Shown here piece after piece: positions 54,690 through 64,000 of a stretch of 64,000 nt of DNA. The notes beneath the pieces are model-generated. The model saw only the letters and a list, made by a program, of their open reading frames with translations, searched no databases and was not told the DNA's origin. A program made the translations under genes and the position numbers. Each line of letters starts with the position of its first letter. Positions within the stretch are counted from its first letter, which is position 1. Source of the stretch: Eledone cirrhosa (Eukaryota); contig OZ024741.1 of NCBI GenBank assembly GCA_964016885.1, forward strand, positions 341,062,001 to 341,126,000, given 5' to 3'.

Positions 54690-55490
54690 TAAATTTTTTT
54701 TTTTAATGTAATTAAGTAAGAAAGTTATTATTAATTAAATTTTAAATTGTTTAATTTTTTTTTTTAGACTTTTTGATAAATTATAATTTTTATTTTTTTA
54801 TTTTTGTTAAATTTTCTTTTTTTTTAAACATAAATTATAATATTCAAAAGTGTCTAACATACATCATAATAATGTTGTATCCAATATAGAATATTGCCGA
54901 AGATTTTTTTTTTTTAATAGCATGGCGCCAAAGGAACTCCTGAAGGTGAGTGCCAAAAAGTGCCTTGTTTGTTCCTCTCATGGCACGGAATTTGACTTTG
55001 CAAAGCCCCCAGCTGCCCTCCACACGGTTTGTGTGGATTAATGCGAGTGCCTGGATGTGTAGCAGCATTATTTTGTATCTTGCAACAACAATCTTTCATG
55101 CGCGATTTGGTTACTGGTTGACCAATTGTGTAAGTCACGCATCAATATACTGCGGCGCAGAAATACCAAAAATCAACTTCCGCCCAACTAAGAAATTCGC
55201 GTTTCTTTTTTTGACTTCACACAGTTGCTGCTTTCACTCCTTGAAGACAAGACCTATTGACGTTCCCGTGTCGATACTAACAAGATGTAACGTTAAAAAA
55301 GAAACTTTGGCCCTCTTGGCCAGGGACCAACCTCTTTCTTCCAACACTTCATTTTTGTCCATTTACACATGCGGTATGCCGGTATCATTTTATTGTAATT
55401 TTGTAGTTTTATGTTTTAAAAAAAAAAATTAAATAATTTAAAATTTAATTAATAATAACTTCCTTACTTAATTACATTAAAAGAAAAAGA
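54690..55490 (-). mobile_element. Merlin/ISXO2-like transposase remnant between AT-rich inverted repeats
   Basis: HTNRVEGSWGLCK...GT...HLQEFLWR motif; ~75-bp inverted repeats at 54695-54767 and 55415-55488. Confidence 0.65.
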
Positions 55491-55742
55491 AAAAAGATAA
55501 TTTAAAAAATCTAAACTATAATAAAGTAAGGAGTGCAGGACTGCGTACGGTTTATTATTTTTTATCCCATTAGTAAAATAAGTTGGATTACTTTGAATAA
55601 ATAATGAATGAATATTACATAATTTATCTACTAAATTTCGATATTCTTGATTGAATATAAATAATATTGTTGCTTATTTTAAGATTCACTTCTTTAAAAT
55701 TTTCAAATGTCAACACTTCCGGTTAGCGATCGCTTAAATAAA

Positions 55743-56809
55743 TCTATAATATAAAGCTGACGGCCATATGTATGTAACAAACTTGCACCATAGATGTAAC
55801 TTTTTCCAGGTAAAAAAGTGAGGATATTTTTATCTACTGAATTTTGTTAAAAGATTAAAGACATTATTTAAATATTCACTTCTTTAAAATTTCGATGTCA
55901 AACCTTCCGGTAATACTCTTTCTTAGTCTGTCTTTTTAGATAGATACATAGCTATGACATCACGCCCTTATAATATATCTCTGTATGTCTGGCTGTCTGC
56001 ATTAGATACATAGCTATGAAGTCGCACAACATTCCTCTTTTACTTAGTCTGTCTTTTTAGATAGATACATAGCTATAACGTCGCGCCCTTATAATATGTC
56101 TCTGTATGTCTGGCTGTCTGCATTAGATAACGTTTTTCAAAATATTTACTTCTGCATTCACAGATTGATTTTTTAGTTTCAGAAGATCTCGTTACGGGTG
56201 AAAGCAGCAATTCTTTGCTGAAACTTTAATCTGTTATTTTAATATATATATTCGTGTATAGATATTTTTGTATACACAAAAACAAAATATAAACAAACCT
56301 ATTTATTTCACGAAAGCACAGACAGCTTATCGTCATTGTTACTGCCAATATGCCACCCAAAAAGTCCCAGCCTGGTCGCAAGATCAGATTTTCCAGAAGA
56401 AAATATGTTACTAGAGCAAGAGAGTCTGATGATGATCATGAACGTCACCTTCAGCAGATGAGGACTCAAGCGAGAGCCATTCGATCAGCCCAGTCTCAAG
56501 AGCAGCGCCAGTCTCGCCTTCAGCAACTGAGGTCCCGTGCAGTAGGCAGGAGAGTAACACAGACAGAACAAGCCAGATTGGAGCAGGTGAGTTCACAAGC
56601 TGATTGCATCCACATTGCATTACAGCATCAGTGTGCCATACAGGTCCTTGCAAAACTGAGTCCGATTTTTAACTATTCAAACCCAATATCAGAGCACGTT
56701 AATCCTCACCCTCGCTGACTTGGGAGGGAGTGCGGTATCTTTGCACTGGAGTGGAAGGGGGGTTCCTGAAAAGAAAAAATGCCGGTATACCTAGCCGGGC
56801 GCCAGCTAG
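55743..56809 (+). mobile_element. Helitron derivative retaining the RepHel N-terminus (ORF 56350-56718), nested in another Helitron starting at 55510
   Basis: a|TC...gccgg/ccgggc-CTAG|t; MPPKK...QEQRQSRLQQ STPR-like repeats; flanks rejoin to match 13382-13432. Confidence 0.78.
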
Positions 56810-57572
56810 TATTCATATATTTCTGTCACTAATTTTCTCCTAATGCAGTTGCTCGAGTATTAAATAGCAGTTATGTATACCATTTATGTCAATACTTCAG
56901 TGCTGCTTTGAAAACTATACTTTTAAAAAATCATTGGCTTTTTCCAAAAGGGGGTTCCTGCTCCCAGGGTTCCCCTACTCAATATGTGCCAATTCTGAGA
57001 GTTCACATTCATCTATAGAACAAATGTAGCCCATGTGTCAAGTTTTGTGAAAATCGGTTGCAAACTCAAGAAGTTATGACGTTTTTTTGCATTGCACTGC
57101 AGTGCTTCAGTCGACTCCAAGGAAGCGGTTGAAGGGGGTTATCGCGCACGTGTGTGTGTATGTATTTGTGTGTGCGTATGTATATGTATGTGTATGTCTG
57201 TAGGCGCATACATATGTACTGGCCTATTTACTTTTACTATTTTAATAACCTCTGTCTTTTTCATTTACAATTTTATTTACATGGAAATCATTCAGTTATT
57301 TTAAATAGAACATGAGTCTAACGACTCCATTTATACCATAAACTTGGTCTTGTCTTTGCATGAAATTGTTCTTCTCGGTCCACATAACGACGTATTATCC
57401 TCGCTTTTTTTCCGTTCATTGCCAGGGAACGTCTTCACGAACCAAAATATCGTCTTCCTGTTTTCCTTCAAAATATTTACTTCTGCGTTCACAGATTGAA
57501 TTTTTTAGTTTCAGAAGATCGCTTTAATGTTGAAAGCAGCAATTCTTTGCTTAAACTTTAATCTGTTCTTAT

Positions 57573-57624
<52 letters not shown>

Positions 57625-58271
57625 TGCGTCTTTTTGTGTGTGTGCAGACATAAATATATATAACACACACAGTCACAGTACATCTTCTGTGAAAGAGAGA
57701 AAGAGACGTTAGGTTGAGGAAAGGGGAGAGTTGAACAGTGTGTAAAGAATAGATAAATAAATAAAAGTTAAAGTTCCTCACTCTCTTTCTTTCTCAACCC
57801 CTCTCTCCCTTTTTTTTATCATACCCTCCTCTCTTTTCTCGCTCTCTCTCTCTCTCATTCATACCCCCTCTCTATCTTCCTCTACAGAATGGAGAACAAT
57901 AAAGAACACGCAGATCTCTCTCCCTCTCTCTCTCTGTCTTTATATATATATGTGTTTGTGTATGTGTGTGTGAACCAGCATTCGTCGCCATTCTCTCTCT
58001 ATCTGAATATCTTGTACCTCTCTCTGTATAACGACCTATCTCACTCTCTCTCTCTACATCTCCTTTTCTCTCTTTAGATGAATATGTGTGTGTGTAGTTT
58101 TCGTGCAACCAGCCAACCAATATTTATCTAGGGGCCACATTAACAAAAACTTGAAACTTTTATGAGTCCAAAACATAACGCATGTTTGTTCCAAATTGGA
58201 AGAAAATCGGTTGCAAACTGTAGAAGTTCTGTGGGTACGGACATACACACACACATCCTCAGTTTATATAT

Positions 58272-58890
58272 ATAATCATAGATATTATAAGATATTTAAT
58301 AGAAATGCAGTTAAAATCAGTTACTCTTGCTGCCCATCAATGAAGTCTAAAATCACTAATTCCAATTGTACGAGAATAAATCCAGGATGCAGTTGCAGGA
58401 AGCCGGATGAATGCCCATTACAGGGCAAATGTAACACCAAATCCGTGTATATGAGGCCAAAGTGACACCTTTAATTAACAACCAGCCAGCCAGGAGTGAA
58501 CGATATGTTGGCATGTCCCAGGACAGGTTTAAAACCAGGTTTTATGCACATGTCGCTTCTTTTAAACACTCCGATAAAAGAACAGCAACGGCTCTCACAA
58601 ATAAGGTGTGGGAATTCAAGGATAAAAACATCCCGTACTCTATCGATTGGTCTATTTTAGACCATTCGAGGGAGTACCAAAGGGGCACAAAGAATTGTTC
58701 TTTGTGTACCACTAAAAAATTTAGGATTTTACAAAACTTGAAAGCCACTTCAACTTGCCTGAACTCTTGAAAGCCACTTCAACTTGCCTGAACTCCAAGA
58801 CCGAGATCTTCAGATGTTGTCCTCACCTGAAATCACATCTGATCTGTAACTGGATTGACATTCCTACGATAACTCAACCACCTTGAACTT
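58272..58890 (+). mobile_element. PLE GIY-YIG 3' fragment
   Basis: HRYYKIFNRNAVKISYSC, CSCRKPDECPLQGKC, YVGMSQDRFKTRF, CSLC; frameshifted; 30-bp tandem duplication at ~58737-58796. Confidence 0.85.
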
Positions 58891-59115
58891 CTTCTCTGCT
58901 CTCTACGCTTTACATCCACTACGATTTTTACCTTCTGAATTCACTTTCTGTACTCTTATATTCTTTTTCTCCCTTATCTCCCCTTATATTTAAACCTTTT
59001 CCTATGTCATTTTTTTCCCCTTTACTTTCTACCTTACCCTTCACGTACCCACCTTTTTTATTTTTAGATATTTATTTCTGTGTGTGTGTGTGTGTGTGTG
59101 TGTTACGCATGTGTA

Positions 59116-59182
<67 letters not shown>

Positions 59183-59477
59183 ATATGTATGTTTATATAT
59201 CTGTATGTATATGTATGTGTGTATATAATTGTATTTGATATGCTTCTGTTGTATTTGTGTGTGTATATATATATATATATATATGTATATAATGTGTGTG
59301 TGTGTGTGTGCGTGTGTATATTTGTTTGTGTGTATTTTCATATAATTGTTTTTGTGTGTGTATATATATAATAGCCTCAGAAACGGCTTGAGCTCTGCCG
59401 TGGGGGTCATACTTTTTCCTATATGTGTGTATTTATATACGTATATGTATGTATTTGTATGGTTGCGTTGTGTGTGC

Positions 59478-59521
<44 letters not shown>

Positions 59522-59773
59522 TTGTATGTGTGTATGTATATGCATTTTTACATACAGTGATTTAATGCTTTTTTTCATTGATCATTTGCTCCAGGAACTT
59601 GTTGAGTGCTCTAAATCAGCTATAAACATTTATACCCTTTCCTAATTATTTATTTATTTATTATTTGTCGTATTCCCAACTTTTTATTTTTATATATATA
59701 TAATATTTATGTATTTTCTTTTATATATATATATGTGTGTGTGTGTGTTTATGTATATGTATATATATATGTG

Positions 59774-59836
<63 letters not shown>

Positions 59837-59979
59837 AGGTAATGAATTCTTATAAAGTATACTATAATAATTAGTATACTTCAATCTGGCTAAATTTTTC
59901 TTTTGCAATATATATACAGATGTGTTGGTATCTGTGTTTCATCACATACATATTAATTTATATATATATATATATATAT

Positions 59980-60447
59980 GTATATACAGTATTTTCCGTT
60001 GTGTTGTAATATAAATATTACACACAGTAGATTATCAGCTCACGTAGAGTTTGCTCGACGGTTCCAAAACCAACCACGCATATCTTTACTATCTCTAATC
60101 CTTCTATAGATTTAGAAAAATAACCAATAATATATTCTATAAAAATGTCAAAACAACAGATGGGAATCTAATTAATCACTGCCACCAAGAATTCTCACTG
60201 CTATCGAAAAACCACTCCTTCAACTATTCTTCTAACAACTTCACCCCTTCCTCCTAATATTCTCTATAAAAACTAAATAGGTCCTCAGTAATATTATTCT
60301 GATGAAATGACAGTAAATAATAACATTGAAATATTGAATGTCTGCATAACTAAAAGTTTGTAGATAGCTGTTTTAGGTTATGTAACTGTTATAGAAACAC
60401 GTGTCAATAAATTCCTTTCAACTAAACTGTATCCATTCAAATCTTTC
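59980..60447 (+). mobile_element. Solo pseudo-LTR of the 9157-12705 PLE family with inverted 5' piece
   Basis: 60066-60447 matches 12237-12624; 59980-60065 is the reverse complement of 12655-12745. Confidence 0.85.
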
Positions 60448-61212
60448 TATATATATGTATATGTATATGTGTGTGTGTGTGTGTATGTATGTGTATATGT
60501 ATATGTATGTGTATGTGTATGTATATGTATGTATGTGTATATGTATATGTATATGTATGTGTGTGTGTGTATGTATTTATTTTTACGTATGTATGTGTAT
60601 GTGTAATTGCGTGTATTGCTTACCACGTGTTTGTTCATTTATTTGTTGCCTGTATCGCTGTCAACTTTATAATAATTTTTTATTCATTTTTATTCTTATG
60701 TGACGGTATTTATTATTATATTTTTCTTATAATTATTTGTGTGTGCATATGTAGGTGTGTGTACATATATCTATATTTGTGCATGCGTATGTATGCATGT
60801 ATATATATATGTGTATGTATGTGTGTGTATGTACGTGTGTATATATATGTGTGTATGTATGTGTGTGTATGTACGTGTGTATATATGTATGATTGTGTGT
60901 ATGTATGTATGTATATATATATATATATAATGTATAAAAAACAATACAACATAATTACCTCATTACCAGAGGTTTCCCGAATAAGACGAATACGAAAGAA
61001 ACGTCTTCATTCGTTCGTCGGACGAGGCACGAATGAAGACGTTTCGTCCGACGAACGAATGAAGACGTTTCTTTCGTATTTGTCTTATTTGGGAAACCTC
61101 TGGTAATGAGGTAATTATATTGTATTGTTTTTTATACATTAAATTTTGCTCTGGTACTTACATAGAGCACTCTTCACTCCTATGACTTTTTCTATTTTCA
61201 ACGGAAACTTCA

Positions 61213-61255
<43 letters not shown>

Positions 61256-61260
61256 TATAG

Positions 61261-61291
<31 letters not shown>

Positions 61292-61447
61292 TGTGTGTGT
61301 GTGTGTGTGCGTGTGCGTGTTTGTGTATTTGTGTGTATGTATGGATATGTTGATATATATGTGTGTATGTATGTGCATGTATATATTTATATACATATAT
61401 ATGTGTATGTGTGTATATATGTGTATGTATATATGTGTCTGTATGTA

Positions 61448-61480
<33 letters not shown>

Positions 61481-61583
61481 ATCTGTGTTTATTTTTCCTT
61501 TCCTTCTTCCTTTTCCAGCCTCACTTTCATATAGATTATATTTTTGTTTTTAAAATCCAATATTCAATAAATACACCAGGATG

Positions 61584-61644
61584 TTTTCATTCTGATGATT
61601 GAAAGCAAAATTTGTTTGCTTTTAAGAAACCACTGGTTTGAAAT
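61584..61644 (+). ncRNA. Hammerhead-like motif (weak stem I)
   Basis: CTGATGA-ttgaaagcaaa/tttgcttttaa-GAAACC-act-GGTT. Confidence 0.45.
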
Positions 61645-61674
61645 AATTGCCTTATGTTGTTTATTACATAACTA

Positions 61675-62145
61675 GGCATACGTTAAGAATGGCGTTCGTG
61701 AAAGTGAAAGTAAATTTTCTGATAAGTGAATTTGTTTTTTGTTTTTTTTTACAATGAAAGTTACGATACACACGCAATTGTATGGATTTCTTAAAATATA
61801 TATGTGTGGGTGTGTATATGTGAATTTGTTTGTTTATTTACAACAGGTCTCTATAATGATATGGTGTTAATTAGTATTGCGTGTGTGATTATTTTTTCTT
61901 TTTCTTTTTTTGTGTATTGTGTGTACGGAAATTTTTTTTTAAAATAATGACAGTGTGTTTTTAAATAGCAAGATATTACAAAAACATCTAAACGACACAC
62001 ATATACACACCCACACATATATATATTTTAAGAAATCCATACAATTGCGTGTGTATCGTAACTTTCATTGTAAAAAAAAAAAAAAAAAATTCACTTGTCA
62101 GAAAATTTACTTTCACTTTCACGAACGCCATTCTTAACGTATGCC
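61675..62145. mobile_element. MITE with ~150-bp TIRs (GG...CC) and 9-bp TSD (Mutator- or Merlin-type)
   Basis: acataacta|ggcatacgttaag ... cttaacgtatgcc|acataacta. Confidence 0.88.
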
Positions 62146-62755
62146 ACATAACTATATATATATATCTCTAGACATAGCTATTGACCAGTTAATTTTATTG
62201 TTCATTTTTTTGTCGATTCTATTGAATGATGAATAGCTCCTGTTTATTTTAACATGTCTATCGAGCACTCTGATTCGATGTGATTTCCACATTACCGATA
62301 ATTTTTCGCTAATATGGAGGTTATCTCCCTTGCTGGGCACCATGTGCATGTCTGGCTAAGGGTAATTTCTTTATTCGTCGGACGCAACCCGTTGATAAAG
62401 TTCTTCCGGTCCATTCGTTCCCTAGAAGTCTTATATATTTTTATGTGCGCTGATAGCGAACGGATTAAGGAATTGCAGAAACCCAAGAAGCTAGATTTAA
62501 CACCTTTCTAGCGGGTCCGGGTAAGTTTTTTACATTCATTTAAATTATTGATTTATTGATATTTTATTTGAGTGACCCGAATCTTCCTGGTCGTTCTTTT
62601 TCGGCTGCATGGGTGATTTTAGGCATAATCTTTATGTGTTGGTATTTTAACGATAGTTATAGCTCTGATTTATCTGAATTATTGAGCCCTCTGCCACTCA
62701 TGTCGGATTTGTTTATCGTTAATTCGTGAGCTGATTTTCCGATACTCGATTATTC

Positions 62756-62787
<32 letters not shown>

Positions 62788-62793
<6 letters not shown>

Positions 62794-63520
62794 GGTGGGA
62801 ATCGGCCTCCAGGTCAACTCGGCCAAGTCGGAGGTGGTGACGTCAGCCTCGATGCTGCAAGCTTTGCAGCCTCTGGCCATCCGCTCCAGGCTTCAACAGC
62901 TCCAGACTCTCACGAGCTGACTGGGCTTGATTGACGGCCACCCACCTCTCTTTCTGCTGAGGAACTGCTTCGCCATGCCTAAGCTCCTCTATACACTCCG
63001 CAGCGCCCCATGCTACACCCAGGCATCTCTCCTCGCTGACCTCGATACTTGTATCCGAGCAGCAGCCGAGGGGATATGCAACGTCAAGTTTGACGACATA
63101 GGGTGGAAACAGACCACTTTACTGGTCAGGTATGGCGGCCTTGGCCTCCGGTCCCCGATCTCGCTAGCTTTGCCGGCGTATCTTTCGTCGGTAACCTCGT
63201 GCCGCATCCTCGTCAGCAGGGTTCAACCCTCTCCCGATACTGCCAATTCATAAGTTTTATATATAATATCGTCTTTTTTAATGTATCATGGATTACGTTA
63301 CTTCCTCTTCACACAAGTCACCGCTGAGACCTCAAGCGTACTTGGACCTCGTACAGCCAAGCTCCTCTGCAAGATCGGAATGTCGGCAGCCCATCTGAGT
63401 GGCTGTTGCAGCGGGTGTCACTGGCTATTATCCAGGGGCATGCTTTTGCAGTCTTGTCCACTGGACACAACCCTTCTGCCCCCATGCCTAGGCCCAAAGC
63501 CCAATCACCCTCCACTCCTC
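62788..63520 (+). mobile_element. CRE-clade non-LTR retrotransposon remnant, multiply deleted
   Basis: LLRNCFAMPKLLYTLRS...GGLGLR...LPAYLSS and RLE C-terminus AETSSVLGP...QRVSLAIIQGHAFAVL. Confidence 0.75.
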
Positions 63521-64000
63521 TCTCTTCTGCGACACCAGAATTCATGCCATCCCCTCCCCTTCCCATTCTTTTTTTCTTTCTTTTTCTATTTTTCTCTATA
63601 TTTACCTATTCTTTTTTCTTTTGTTTCCTTTTTTTTTTTATTATTGTTGTCATTATTATTACGTCCCTTTATGGTCTGAGTTCAAATCCCGTCAGGGTTA
63701 ACTTTGCCTTTCATCCTTACAGGGTCGATAAAATAAAGTACCAGTAATATACTGGAATAATTGCTGGCCTTGTGCCTAAAGTAGAAACAATTATTATTAT
63801 TATTACTGTAAATGAAATTATCTATAAATAATGTACAAAAGTCAGAAAAGTGAACAGTGTACGAGTCATGATCCACACACACACACACACACACACACCA
63901 CACATGTGTGCGTGTGTATGGAGGAGGAATATTAGGTGTAGTGTTGGCAAATTTTGAGAAGCATGATAGTTTTAAAGGATGCAGTGTCCAGACAGCTAAC

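Overview
AT-rich, microsatellite-dense animal DNA, most likely an octopod cephalopod (inferred from the recurring tRNA-type SINE and RTE LINEs with (GAT)n tails; no database check was possible). Two host genes converge. One is a cytoplasmic cysteinyl-tRNA synthetase with an intronless coding region (30274-32478, +). The other is a three-exon minus-strand gene (about 53740 to 39786) encoding a degenerate macro domain plus a C-terminal RING finger. The rest is a stack of mobile elements: Penelope-like elements (PLEs; GIY-YIG, inverted pseudo-LTRs) with at least six distinct hammerhead-ribozyme motifs, an Academ (XPG/Cys-rich) DNA transposon inserted in the polypurine tract of a deleted Gypsy element, nested and tandem non-autonomous Helitrons, many RTE copies, CRE and R4 fragments, a Merlin/ISXO2 remnant, hAT and 9-bp-TSD MITEs, SINEs and minisatellites. 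The most unusual signals are: (1) PLE hammerheads whose stem II is expanded to an 80-92 nt domain, with a fold conserved between two divergent families; (2) a Gypsy element whose primer-binding position is complementary to its own LTR rather than to a tRNA; (3) recurrent fold-back palindromes centred on a half-hammerhead. All structures were folded and aligned by eye.
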